From assembly GCF_001598795.1 (NCBI RefSeq), contig NZ_BCZP01000005.1, positions 300,001 to 332,000 of the forward strand: DNA of 32,000 nucleotides, given 5' to 3'. Under the pieces are notes generated by a model. It was not told where the DNA came from and did not search any database. It saw only the letters and a program-made list of their open reading frames with translations. Below are positions 1-9,049 of the stretch, one piece after another (position 1 is the stretch's first letter; every line of letters begins with the position of its first letter). Source of the DNA: Delftia acidovorans NBRC 14950. GTDB lineage: Bacteria; Pseudomonadota; Gammaproteobacteria; Burkholderiales; Burkholderiaceae_C. Both the position numbers and the translations under genes were made by a program.

Positions 1-1122
1 CCCAACCCCACGCTGGCTCTGGGCCGCATGGTCAACAGCGACGAGCGCGAGATCGAGCGCCAGCTGAGCTTTGGCCTGGTCAGCCTGATCACCCTGCCCT
101 GGCGCAGCCGCTGGCAGGGCATGCAGATGGAACAGGCCACCCTGACCGCCGCGCAGGATGTGCTGCGGCTGGCCGCCGACACGCGCCGCGCCTGGCTGCG
201 CGCCGTGGCCGCACGCCAGCAACTGGCGTCCAGCGAGCGCATGCACGAAGCGGCCGAGGCCGGGGCCGAGCTGGCGCGCCGCATGGCCCGCGTGGGCAAC
301 TTCAGCCGGCTGCAGCAGGCACGCGAGCTCAGCATCCAGCAGGACACCGCAGCCCAGCTGGCACGTGCGCGCCTTGCCGCCACGGCCGAGCATGAGCAAC
401 TGGCCCGCCTGATGGGCCTGTGGGGACGGCGCATCGATTTCAAGCTGCCCGACCAGCTGCCCGCCATCCCGCAGGCCGCCACGCAGTTGCGCGCCGGGGA
501 CGATGCCGAAGCCACCGCGCTGCGCGAGCGCCTGGACCTGCGCGCACTGCGCCGCGACCTGGACCAGTTGGCCGAGCGCCGTGGCTGGGCACGCCTGGGC
601 GCCATGTTCGGCGACATCGGCCTGGGCTACAACCGCAACACCGCCACGGACCGGGCCACCGGCCACAGCGATGTGACACGCGGCTGGGAGATCGACCTGC
701 CCCTGCCGCTGTTCGACTGGGGTGGCGCCGCCAGCGGCCGCGCACGTGCCGAGGTCCAGCGCAGCGCGGCCCAACTGCAGCAAGGCGCCATCCAGGCGCG
801 GGCCGAGGCGCGCAGCAGCTGGATGCGCTACCGCACGGCCTGGGACCTGGCCCACCAGCAGCAGGCCGAGGTGCTGCCGCTGCGCCGCTTCATCCAGGAC
901 GAAACCATGCTTCGCTACAACGGCATGTTCGTCAGCGTCTGGGAGTTGCTGGCCGAGGCCCGCAACAGCGCCCAGGCCGTGGCCACCGCCACCGACGCCC
1001 AGCGCGACTTCTGGCTGGCCGACACCGACCTGCAGCTGGCTCTGGCCGGAACCTCGCCAGGCACGGTCGAGGCCGCATCCAGCGCCGCCGCACCCACTCC
1101 CACGAACACAGCGAGCCACTGA
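1..1122 (+). CDS. TolC/OprM-family outer-membrane efflux channel, C-terminal part (5' end lies upstream of the window)
   Basis: Frame 1 is open from base 1 to TGA 1120-1122. The protein has Ala/Leu/Arg/Gln-rich helical repeats plus a Gly/aromatic beta segment (GDIGLGYNRN...GWEIDLPLPLFDWGG), as in OEP-family proteins. Its stop is 1 nt from the ATG of the downstream copper oxidase, so the two are in the same operon. Confidence 0.6.
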   Translation, partial: PNPTLALGRMVNSDEREIERQLSFGLVSLITLPWRSRWQGMQMEQATLTAAQDVLRLAADTRRAWLRAVAARQQLASSERMHEAAEAGAELARRMARVGNFSRLQQARELSIQQDTAAQLARARLAATAEHEQLARLMGLWGRRIDFKLPDQLPAIPQAATQLRAGDDAEATALRERLDLRALRRDLDQLAERRGWARLGAMFGDIGLGYNRNTATDRATGHSDVTRGWEIDLPLPLFDWGGAASGRARAEVQRSAAQLQQGAIQARAEARSSWMRYRTAWDLAHQQQAEVLPLRRFIQDETMLRYNGMFVSVWELLAEARNSAQAVATATDAQRDFWLADTDLQLALAGTSPGTVEAASSAAAPTPTNTASH

Positions 1123-1123
1123 C

Positions 1124-2506
1124 ATGAACCGCCGCAACTTCTTCACCGGCGCGGCCGTGGCCGCTGTCTCCAGCGCCGCCGTCAGCCGCGTGGCCCTGGC
1201 CGCCCTGCCCGAGGCAGCGACCCAGTCCTCGGCCGAAACCGCCGCCCCGCTGGCACCGCCCAACGGCCGCCCCTACCGCCCCGTGGTCACGCTCAACGGC
1301 TGGACCACGCCCTGGCGCATGAACGCAGGCGTCAAGGAATTCCACCTGGTGGCCGAGCCCGTGGTGCGCGAGGTGGCACCGGGCTTCTTCGTCAACATGT
1401 GGGGCTACAACGGCCAGAGCCCCGGCCCCACCATCGAGGTCGTGGAAGGCGACAAGGTCCGCATCTTCGTGACCAACCGCCTGCCCGAGCACACCACCGT
1501 GCACTGGCACGGCCAGCGCCTGCCCAACGGCATGGACGGCGTGGGCGGCGTGACCCAGCCGCACATCCCGCCCGGCAAGACCTTTGTCTACGAGTTCACG
1601 GCGCGCCGTCCCGGCACCTTCATGTACCACCCGCATGCCGACGAGATGGTGCAGATGGCCATGGGCATGATGGGGCTGTGGATCACGCATCCGAAGGCGG
1701 CCCACCCGCAGATCGCCGAGGTCCAGCGCGACTACGCCTTCCTGCTGTCGGCCTACGACGTGGAGCCCGGCTCCATGACGCCGCGCGTGGCCGAGATGAC
1801 GGACTTCAACATCTGGACCTTCAACAGCCGGGTGTTCCCCGCCATCAGCCCCGTCGTCGCCAGGCGCGGCGACCGGGTGCGCCTGCGCGTGGGCAACCTG
1901 ACCATGACCAACCACCCCATCCACGTTCACGGCCACGAATTCGAGGTCACGGGCACCGACGGCGGCCCCGTGCCCCGGTCCGCGCGCTGGCCCGAGGTGA
2001 CCACCGACGTGGCCGTGGGCCAGATGCGCCAGGTGGAGTTCATCGCCGACGAGCTGGGCGACTGGGCCCTGCACTGCCACAAGAGCCACCACACCATGGG
2101 CGCCATGGGTCATGACACGCCAACCATGATCGGCGTGGACCACCGGGGCCTGGTCGGCAAGATCCAGAAGATCGTGCCCGACTACATGGTCATGGGCGAG
2201 CGCGGCATGGGCGACATGGCCTCCATGGAAATGCCCCTGCCCGACAACACCTTCCCGATGATGACCGGCACGGGCCCCTTCGGCCCCATCGAGATGGGCG
2301 GCATGTTCACCACCCTCAAGGTGCGCGAGCAGCTGGGCGCCAACGACTACGGCGACCCGGGCTGGTTCACCCACCCCAAGGGCAGCGTGGCCTATGAATG
2401 GAAGGGGCCCGCGGCCGAAGCCTCCGCACCGCGCCAGACCACGCCCGGCCAGTCCCCCGGCGCACCCAGCGTGCGCAAGCCCGGTGCGGGCCATGAGCAC
2501 CACTGA
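1124..2506 (+). CDS. Tat-exported multicopper oxidase (CopA/PcoA-like copper oxidase)
   Basis: Twin-arginine signal MNRRNFFTGAAVAAV. Copper-ligand motifs TVHWHGQRLP, HPHADEM, HPIHVHGHEFEV and HCHKSHHTMGAM. Met-rich loop MGERGMGDMASMEMPLPDNTFPMMTG. The ORF-track start at 722 is rejected in favour of ATG 1124, which sits directly before the Tat signal. Confidence 0.9.
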   Translation: MNRRNFFTGAAVAAVSSAAVSRVALAALPEAATQSSAETAAPLAPPNGRPYRPVVTLNGWTTPWRMNAGVKEFHLVAEPVVREVAPGFFVNMWGYNGQSPGPTIEVVEGDKVRIFVTNRLPEHTTVHWHGQRLPNGMDGVGGVTQPHIPPGKTFVYEFTARRPGTFMYHPHADEMVQMAMGMMGLWITHPKAAHPQIAEVQRDYAFLLSAYDVEPGSMTPRVAEMTDFNIWTFNSRVFPAISPVVARRGDRVRLRVGNLTMTNHPIHVHGHEFEVTGTDGGPVPRSARWPEVTTDVAVGQMRQVEFIADELGDWALHCHKSHHTMGAMGHDTPTMIGVDHRGLVGKIQKIVPDYMVMGERGMGDMASMEMPLPDNTFPMMTGTGPFGPIEMGGMFTTLKVREQLGANDYGDPGWFTHPKGSVAYEWKGPAAEASAPRQTTPGQSPGAPSVRKPGAGHEHH

Positions 2507-2526
2507 TGCCATCCAAGGAGTCCCTC

Positions 2527-3018
2527 ATGAACACCTTTGCCCTCCTCCTCGCCACCGCACTGCTTGCCGGCCCCGCTGCCGTCTTCGCCCATGGCAGCGA
2601 AGCCCACGATGACGCTCCCAAGGCCGCCGCGGTCAAGGAGCAAAAGCCCTGGGGCATTGCCGGCGATGCCTCGGCCGCCCGGCGCACCATCACCCTGGAC
2701 ATGAGCGACAACATGCGCTTCACGCCAGAGCGCATCAGCGTCAAGCGCGGCGAGACGGTGCGCCTGCGCGTGGCCAACAAGGGCCAGGTCATGCACGAGA
2801 TCGTGCTGGGCACGCCGGCCTCGCTGGACGAGCACGCGCAGATGATGCTCAAGTTCCCCACCATGGAGCACGGCGAGCCCTACATGGCCCATGTCTCGCC
2901 CGGCAAATCCGGCGACCTGGTCTGGAATTTCAACCGCGAAGGCAGCTTCGACTTTGCCTGCCTCATCCCCGGCCACTACCAGGCCGGCATGCGCGGAACC
3001 ATCACGGTGACGCAATGA
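2527..3018 (+). CDS. Periplasmic cupredoxin (blue-copper, CopI/plastocyanin-like) protein
   Basis: AGGAG at 2516-2520, 6 nt before ATG 2527. Signal peptide MNTFALLLATALLAGPAAVFA. Type-1 Cu ligand pattern H...C-x4-H-x4-M (VMHEIV ... FACLIPGHYQAGM). Confidence 0.8.
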   Translation: MNTFALLLATALLAGPAAVFAHGSEAHDDAPKAAAVKEQKPWGIAGDASAARRTITLDMSDNMRFTPERISVKRGETVRLRVANKGQVMHEIVLGTPASLDEHAQMMLKFPTMEHGEPYMAHVSPGKSGDLVWNFNREGSFDFACLIPGHYQAGMRGTITVTQ

Positions 3019-3053
3019 GCGCGCCACTTCTTCCCCCCTTTCAGGAGCACCCC

Positions 3054-3581
3054 ATGAAACATGAACGCATGGCATCCGCCCACCCGCGCCGCAGTGCGCT
3101 GCGCCGCATGGCCCTGGCCTGCACGGCATTCGCCGCCCCTTCGCTGTGGGCGGCGGCACCCACGACGCCCAAAGCACCCAGCACCGGCATCCCCGTCGAG
3201 GTCTGGAAGGACCCCAACTGCGGCTGCTGCCAGGACTGGGTGGTGCACATGGAGCAAAACGGCTTTGCCGTCACCGTGCACGACACCGGCAACAGCGCCG
3301 TGCGCGCCAAGCTGGGCATTCCGGCGCGCCTGGGCTCCTGCCACACGGCCCTGGTCGAAGGCTATGCGCTCGAAGGCCATGTGCCTGCGGCCGACGTGCA
3401 CAAGCTGCTCAAGCAAAAGCCCAAGGCGGTGGGCATTGCCGTGCCCGGCATGCCCGTGGGCAGCCCTGGCATGGACGGCCCCGAGTACGGCGGCCGCAAG
3501 GACCCCTACGAGGTGCTGCTCATCACCAAGAACCTCATGAACAGCGACGTTTCCACCCGCACCTTCACCAGCTACCGCTGA
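3054..3581 (+). CDS. copG: DUF411/CopG-family periplasmic metal-binding protein
   Basis: AGGAG at 3043-3047, 6 nt before ATG 3054. Signal-like N-terminus. Hallmark CxCC motif (DPNCGCCQDW) and the conserved block GSCHTALVEGYALEGHVPA...GIAVPGMPVGSPGM typical of DUF411. Confidence 0.8.
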   Translation: MKHERMASAHPRRSALRRMALACTAFAAPSLWAAAPTTPKAPSTGIPVEVWKDPNCGCCQDWVVHMEQNGFAVTVHDTGNSAVRAKLGIPARLGSCHTALVEGYALEGHVPAADVHKLLKQKPKAVGIAVPGMPVGSPGMDGPEYGGRKDPYEVLLITKNLMNSDVSTRTFTSYR

Positions 3582-3596
3582 ACCCCGGAGCACACC

Positions 3597-3989
3597 ATGC
3601 ACAACACAGCCCTCCTTGTTTCCCGTACGTCCCGTACCGCCCTTGCCGTGCGCCTGGCCCTTGCCGCCGCGCTGATCCCGGCCTGGGTCTGTGCCCAGGC
3701 CACGGCCCACGACCATGCGGCGCATAGCGCGCAATCTACCGAAACCGCACCCGCCGCCGCCAGCCAGGACCTCAGCGAAGGCGAGGTCACGCGCTGGGAT
3801 GCACGCACCAGCAAGGTCACGCTGCGCCACGGCGAACTCAAGAACCTGGGCATGCCGCCCATGACCATGGTCTTCCAGCTGCGCGTGGCTGCACCCGAGC
3901 CCGCCCTCAAAGCCGGCGACAAGGTGCGCTTTCGCGCCGAGCAGGACCAGGGCGCCTTCGTGGTCACGCAGCTGGAAGTGCTGCGCTGA
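3597..3989 (+). CDS. cusF: CusF-like periplasmic Cu(I)/Ag(I)-binding protein
   Basis: Signal peptide, then the CusF-type segment GEVTRWDARTSKVTLRHGELKNLGMPPMTMVFQL, with the Met-rich metal site and a C-terminal GDKVRF...G.FVVT strand pattern. Confidence 0.75.
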   Translation: MHNTALLVSRTSRTALAVRLALAAALIPAWVCAQATAHDHAAHSAQSTETAPAAASQDLSEGEVTRWDARTSKVTLRHGELKNLGMPPMTMVFQLRVAAPEPALKAGDKVRFRAEQDQGAFVVTQLEVLR

Positions 3990-4055
3990 AGAGCGGGTGC
4001 AGGGCTGCCGTTTCGGCTAAGGTGAAGGCCTGTCCATCACCGAGCAGAGCAGCGC

Positions 4056-5066
4056 ATGCCAAGCACCGACTCAGACCCCGGCTCCATCACCCGCGTACAG
4101 GGCATCGAGGTAGGCCACCACACCGATGCCCGCCGGCCCACGGGCTGCACCGTCGTGCTGGCGCGCGGCGGCGCCGTGGGGGGCTGCGATGTGCGTGGCG
4201 CCGCCCCCGGCACGCGCGAGACCGACCTGCTGCATCCTTCCAACCTGGTGCAGCAGGTGCATGCCGTCATGCTCTCGGGCGGCAGCGCATGGGGGCTGGA
4301 CGCTGCCAGCGGCGCCATGCGCTGGCTGGATGAGCAGGGCATAGGGCTGGATGTGGGCGTGGGCCGCGTGCCCATCGTGCCGGCCGCCGTGCTGTTCGAC
4401 CTGGCGGTGGGCGACAGCCGCATCCGCCCGGGTGCCGATGCCGGCCATGCGGCCTGCCAGGCCGCCAGCGCCGCGCGGCCTGCCGAGGGCAATGTGGGCG
4501 CCGGCATGGGCGCCTGCGTGGGCAAGGTCTTCGGCATGGATCGCGCCATGAAGGGTGGCATTGGCACGGCCTCGCTCACCGTGCATGGCGTCACCGTGGG
4601 CGCGCTGATCGCCTGCAATGCCGTGGGCGATGTGGTCGACCCCCACAGCGGCGCGCTGCTGGCCGGCGCGCGCAGCCCCGATGGCCGCCAGCTGCACGAC
4701 ACCTGCCGTGCCCTGCTGCGCGGCGAAGAGCCCCGGCCGCTGCTGGCAGGCACCAACACCACCATCGGCGTGATTGCCACCGATGCACGCATCACCAAGG
4801 TCCAGGCCCAGCGCCTGGCCGTGGTGTCCCATGACGGCCTGGCACGCGCCATACGCCCCGTGCACACCATGAGCGATGGCGACACATTGTTCGCCCTGGG
4901 CACGGGTCTGGCCGAGCACTCGCTGGGCATGCTGACCCTGTCTGCCATGGCCGCTGAGGCCGTGGCCCTGGCCACGGTGCGTGCCGTGCTGGCCGCGCAG
5001 TCGCTGACCACGGCCGAAGGGCTGGAGCTGCCCTGTGCCAGGGAGCTGGCCGCCTGCCGGCCCTGA
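4056..5066 (+). CDS. P1 (S58/DmpA) family aminopeptidase
   Basis: VQGIEVGHHTD...TGCTVVL, GGCDVRGAAPGTRETDLL, and the autoproteolytic GTNTTIGVIATDA block followed by SHDGLARAIRPVHTMSDGDTLFAL. These motifs are typical of DmpA/ornithine acetyltransferase-fold peptidases. Confidence 0.8.
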   Translation: MPSTDSDPGSITRVQGIEVGHHTDARRPTGCTVVLARGGAVGGCDVRGAAPGTRETDLLHPSNLVQQVHAVMLSGGSAWGLDAASGAMRWLDEQGIGLDVGVGRVPIVPAAVLFDLAVGDSRIRPGADAGHAACQAASAARPAEGNVGAGMGACVGKVFGMDRAMKGGIGTASLTVHGVTVGALIACNAVGDVVDPHSGALLAGARSPDGRQLHDTCRALLRGEEPRPLLAGTNTTIGVIATDARITKVQAQRLAVVSHDGLARAIRPVHTMSDGDTLFALGTGLAEHSLGMLTLSAMAAEAVALATVRAVLAAQSLTTAEGLELPCARELAACRP

Positions 5067-5072
5067 CCGGGC

Positions 5073-6218
5073 TCAGGCCTGCAGCGCAACCGCCCAGGCG
5101 TCGTAGCCGTAGACGCCATCGGCATTGCCACCGGCGCGCAGCCAGTTGTTGCCGCGCGAGCCGATCTGAATCTCGCTGGTGCGCTGCATGCGCATGGCCT
5201 GGTAGCGCGCCAGGACCTCGGGCACCTGCTGCGGACCCGGGGCGGCATCCAGGTTGCGGGCCAGCACCACGGCGTCTTCGATGGCCATGCCTGCGCCCTG
5301 GGCCATGAAGGGCATCATCGGGTGGCAGGCATCGCCCAGCAGCGTGATGCGGTCCTGCGACCAGGCCGGCAGGGGATCGCGCTCGTACAGCGCGGTCTTG
5401 AGCACGCCATCGCAGGCGTCGAGCAGCGCCCGGGCGTCGGGATGGAAATCGGCGTAGAAGCCGCGCAACTCCTCGACGCTGCCGGGCGTGGTCCACGATT
5501 CCTCGTGCCAGGAATCCTGGGCCGTGGTGGCGAAGATGAAGGTGTCGCGCCCCTGGTTCAGCGGAAAGGTCACGATCTGGCTTTGCGGCGTGGCGCCCCA
5601 CCATTTGGTGAAGGCCTGGATGTCGGGCACATGGCGCACGCGCTCGGTGGGCACCACCGCGCGGAAGGCCACCACACCCGTGAAGCGCGGGCTCTCGGCA
5701 CCGAACAGGGCCGCGCGCACCACGGAGTGGATGCCGTCCGCGCCAATGAGTGCGTCCAGCCCGGCCACTTCGCTGCCATCGGTGAAGGCGATGTCCACGC
5801 CGTGCCCCGTCTGCGTGATCTGGCTGGCACGCTTGCCCAACTGCACCTGGTCCAGCGGAAAGGCATCGGCCAGCGCGGCCAGCAGATCGGCGCGGTGGAT
5901 GGTCAACTGCGGGGCGCCGTACTTGCGCTCGGCCTCGTCACCCATGGTCAGGCGCGAGGTTTCCTCGCCCGTGTCCCAGTTGCGGCTGATGCGGTGCGTG
6001 GGCCGGGCGGCGCTGGCGCGCACGGCGGCGGCAATGTCGGCGCCCAGGCCATCGAGGGCGCGCACGGCATTGGGCGTGAGGTTGATGTCCGCGCCCACGC
6101 GCAGAAACTGCCGGCTTTGCTCGAACACCAATACTTCATGCCCTGCCTGGTGCAGCGCATTGGCTGCCGCCAGTCCGCCAATGCCTGCTCCGACGATGCC
6201 TATCCTCAAACGCGCCAT
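5073..6218 (-). CDS. FAD-dependent aromatic-ring monooxygenase (salicylate / 3-hydroxybenzoate hydroxylase-like)
   Basis: N-terminal GxGxxG fold RIGIVGAGIGGLAAANAL and the FAD/substrate motif GDACHPMMPFMAQGAGMAIEDA. I chose the start at MARLRIG (6218), which is preceded by AGGAGA, rather than the ORF-track ATG at 6278. Confidence 0.85.
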   Translation of the reverse strand: MARLRIGIVGAGIGGLAAANALHQAGHEVLVFEQSRQFLRVGADINLTPNAVRALDGLGADIAAAVRASAARPTHRISRNWDTGEETSRLTMGDEAERKYGAPQLTIHRADLLAALADAFPLDQVQLGKRASQITQTGHGVDIAFTDGSEVAGLDALIGADGIHSVVRAALFGAESPRFTGVVAFRAVVPTERVRHVPDIQAFTKWWGATPQSQIVTFPLNQGRDTFIFATTAQDSWHEESWTTPGSVEELRGFYADFHPDARALLDACDGVLKTALYERDPLPAWSQDRITLLGDACHPMMPFMAQGAGMAIEDAVVLARNLDAAPGPQQVPEVLARYQAMRMQRTSEIQIGSRGNNWLRAGGNADGVYGYDAWAVALQA

Positions 6219-6385
6219 GATTCCTGTCTCCTGCTGGTGGGGTCTATTCGGTGATGCGCCCCGTGATCCGGAGCGCACCGATGCAGGACATTGTCTTTTT
6301 GACAGGCCTCAGGCCTCAACCTCCGCAAGGCCCGAATTGGGCACGATTCGTCCCCATCGGCGCCGGCACATGTGCGGCAGGCGCC

Positions 6386-8989
6386 TCAGTCCACGCGCCG
6401 CAGTTGCCCTTGCGCCAGCAGCTTGTCGCGCATGCGGCGCGTCATGGACTGGGTGCTGCCGTCGGTGGCCGTGAACAGGAACAGCGTCTGCTGCGGGCTG
6501 ACCCAGGTCAGCTGGGTGCGGATGCACTGCCGGGCGTTGGACAGTTCCACCCAGGTGCCCAGTGCCCAGTCTTCGGACACCACGGGAACCACCGGCGGCG
6601 GTGGCTCCAGGGGCAGCGCGGGCTCGGCAGGCATCGGGGCGGCTTCGCCACCGGCCAACGCAGCCTGCCCCGCAAGCCCAGCAAAGGCCTGCGGCGCTTG
6701 TGCAGCCGGGGTGGCCGGCAGCTCATCCTGCAGCGCCTCGGGCAGTTCCAGGTCCTGCTCGGTCAGCGCGCCGATATCGTCCGCCATCGGCTGCCGCACA
6801 TCGAGCGGCACCGGCAGGGAGGCCGCCACGCCAAACAAAGACTGCGGCAGACGGCCCGCCAGGGAGCCGGGCGTTGTCTGGCCAAGCGTTGCCGCACCAT
6901 TGGAGGAAGACAGGGACGCCAGCACCGAGTCCGACCCGTAGATGGTCGGCGGTATGGAGTCCAGATAAATGTCCACGCTCTCTATGGGCTGGCGGACCAC
7001 ACCGGCATCCAGCGCGTCCTGGTGCAGGCCGGCCAGGCGCGCGGCAAAGGCCTGGATTTCCTCTTCCGTACGCCCCACGCTGCGCAGGCCGGCGCGCAGC
7101 CGGGCCTGCAGCCGGGGTGCCAGCGCCACCAAGCGGTCGGTATCACGGCCCGCATGTGCCGACACGCTCCACAGCAGGCTGGGCACCAAGGCCAGATAGC
7201 CGCCGGGGTCCCGAGCCTCGCTGCCGTCCACGGGTTCCTGAACGCTGGCGATCACTTCGGCCCAGGGTCCCGTGGCGAATTCCAGAATGTCATCGGGCAC
7301 GCCCTGGGCGCTGGGCAGGCGCCGGATGGCGGCTGCAATCTGCTCGGCCCTGGGCATGGCGGTTTCGGGCCAGCGCGGGTCCACGCCCCGCCTTTCCACA
7401 TGCCTGAGCGCAGCCGAGACAGGCCCGGTCACCGTGCCGCCTTCCGGCATTTCGCCAGGACCCACGGGCTGCATGCCGCTGCCGCCCCAACCGTCGCGCA
7501 GTTGCTGCAGCACCGTGGCAAAGGCCGACGCATCGGCACGCTGCAGGGCCGCCAGCCGCATGGCGGCGGAATCGGCCACCTGCAGGAATTGACCGTAGCC
7601 CGGCGCGGATTCACTGTCGAACCACAGGCTGCGCGCCGTCAGCTCATCCAGCAGTTGGCGCGCGGGGTGGCTGCGGTCTTCAAAAAAGCGTGCGTCCTGG
7701 ACCACCAGCTGCTGCAGCAGCGGCTCCAGACGGCCCACGGTGCGCTGCACGGAAGGCAGCAGGCGCGTGTCGGCCGCCATGAAACGCATCATGCGCTGCA
7801 GGGTGTGCAGCGCGGCGCCGTCGTCGGCGCGCACGCCGGGTGCGGGCTCCTGCTGCTCGGGCGGCTGCAGCGCCTGCATCAGTTGCTCCAGCTGGGCCGA
7901 GTGGTGCTGCACGGACTCCAGTGCCATGCAGCTCAGCGAAGTCCAGCCTTCGGGCAGCGCCGCCAGCACGGTGGGTGCCGTCTCGCTGCCCTGCCAGGCG
8001 GTGGTCTGCAGGCGGCTTGCGCCGTCCATGGCCGGCGCAAACTGCCCGGGCACGGAATAGGCGGATGTGTGGGCCAGCGCCAACATGGAAGAAGGCGCCG
8101 CAGCGGGCGCCTCGCGGTGCGAATCCATCCAGCGTGGATCGGACAGCAGGGCCGCCACCAGGCGCCGCGTCAGCTCATCTTCCTGGGCCTGCTGGCCAAA
8201 GGAGCCATAGGCGCGGCTCTGGGCCACGGCATCGCCATAGTGGGAAGGTGCCCGCCAGCGGCTTTGCCCCGGCAGGTCGGAATGGCGGCGTCCCGCGTCG
8301 GGCGAAGGGGCCTGTACCGGCGCCAGGCCATAGGCCGCAGGCTGCACCCCCTTGTCACGCAGGGATTGGGCGATATGGCCGTACTCGGACACCAGCAGCG
8401 CACCCAGGTGCTCGCGCATGAAGCCCAGCCAGCAGGCGGCGGAGCCGGGGTCCACCCCGGTGTCGTCGATCACGCGCTGCAGCGCCTGCACATAGCTGTG
8501 GGGCCGCAGCGGATTGCGTTCGGGCTGGACACGGTCCAGGCCCTGGACGGCGCTGACCAGGGCATCGAGCTCGGCCAGCGCGATCTCCACCTGCGGCGCC
8601 ACATGCTGCAGCAGGCGCTGGTGGGCCAGCTGCGACTGCAGCACGGAGTCGTCCAGGAGGGAGAGGGAGGCGAAATCGGTGGTGCCGGGCACACCGGACG
8701 CACCGGACATGCCAGGCACAGGGGGCCAGGCAGCAGCGCCGCCGGATTGACCAAAGCATTCCAGCAGCGCCCGCCCATAGCCCTTGAGCATGGGCGCCCG
8801 GTGGCGGGCCAGCAGCTCCAGCGCCTCGGGGATTTCAGCGCGGCGCGGCAGGCCGGAGCCCGGCTGGTCGGCCTGCTCCATGGCATGCGCCGTGCGCTGC
8901 AGCAGCCGCAGGATCAGCGCCTCCGAGCCGCGAACAGCCTGCACCAGGCAGGCTTGCAACGCGGCAACAGAAACGGGTGGAGGATTCAT
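6386..8989 (-). CDS. Large (867 aa) Ala/Leu/Gln-rich protein of unknown function, probably DUF1631 family
   Basis: Long ORF with normal amino-acid composition, whereas the antisense 931-aa ORF is Arg/Gly/His-rich. The C-terminal block GTWVELSNARQCIRTQLTWVSPQQTLFLFTATDGSTQSMTRRMRDKLLAQGQL resembles the conserved DUF1631 C-terminus as I remember it. The family call is not verified. Confidence 0.7.
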   Translation of the reverse strand: MNPPPVSVAALQACLVQAVRGSEALILRLLQRTAHAMEQADQPGSGLPRRAEIPEALELLARHRAPMLKGYGRALLECFGQSGGAAAWPPVPGMSGASGVPGTTDFASLSLLDDSVLQSQLAHQRLLQHVAPQVEIALAELDALVSAVQGLDRVQPERNPLRPHSYVQALQRVIDDTGVDPGSAACWLGFMREHLGALLVSEYGHIAQSLRDKGVQPAAYGLAPVQAPSPDAGRRHSDLPGQSRWRAPSHYGDAVAQSRAYGSFGQQAQEDELTRRLVAALLSDPRWMDSHREAPAAAPSSMLALAHTSAYSVPGQFAPAMDGASRLQTTAWQGSETAPTVLAALPEGWTSLSCMALESVQHHSAQLEQLMQALQPPEQQEPAPGVRADDGAALHTLQRMMRFMAADTRLLPSVQRTVGRLEPLLQQLVVQDARFFEDRSHPARQLLDELTARSLWFDSESAPGYGQFLQVADSAAMRLAALQRADASAFATVLQQLRDGWGGSGMQPVGPGEMPEGGTVTGPVSAALRHVERRGVDPRWPETAMPRAEQIAAAIRRLPSAQGVPDDILEFATGPWAEVIASVQEPVDGSEARDPGGYLALVPSLLWSVSAHAGRDTDRLVALAPRLQARLRAGLRSVGRTEEEIQAFAARLAGLHQDALDAGVVRQPIESVDIYLDSIPPTIYGSDSVLASLSSSNGAATLGQTTPGSLAGRLPQSLFGVAASLPVPLDVRQPMADDIGALTEQDLELPEALQDELPATPAAQAPQAFAGLAGQAALAGGEAAPMPAEPALPLEPPPPVVPVVSEDWALGTWVELSNARQCIRTQLTWVSPQQTLFLFTATDGSTQSMTRRMRDKLLAQGQLRRVD

Positions 8990-9049
8990 GGCCCGAAGAA
9001 TACAGGCTCCAGCCCGTGCCGGAGGCGCTTTGAGGCTTGCCTTTGATGC

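Noticed and set aside
932-2512. 526-aa minus-strand ORF, plus the nested ORFs 420-1127, 722-1123 and 1399-2115
   Set aside because: It is antisense or out of frame relative to the multicopper oxidase and OMP genes, which carry unambiguous motifs. The products are Gly/His/Arg/Ala-rich low-complexity sequence. The 722 start of the oxidase ORF only adds a Pro/Arg/Ala-rich read-through of the upstream gene.
4037-6474. ORFs 4037-5248 (-), 4071-4919 (-), 4792-5604 (-), 5322-6254 (+) and 5488-6474 (+)
   Set aside because: These are shadow frames of the S58 peptidase and FAD monooxygenase genes. They have Arg/Pro/Ala-rich composition and cross real gene boundaries.
6251-9046. 931-aa plus-strand ORF, the longest ORF on this strand in the window
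   Set aside because: It is exactly antisense to the 867-aa minus-strand gene. Its product is Arg/Gly/His/Gln-rich with no motifs. This is the typical shadow ORF of a high-GC gene. The minus-strand protein has normal composition.
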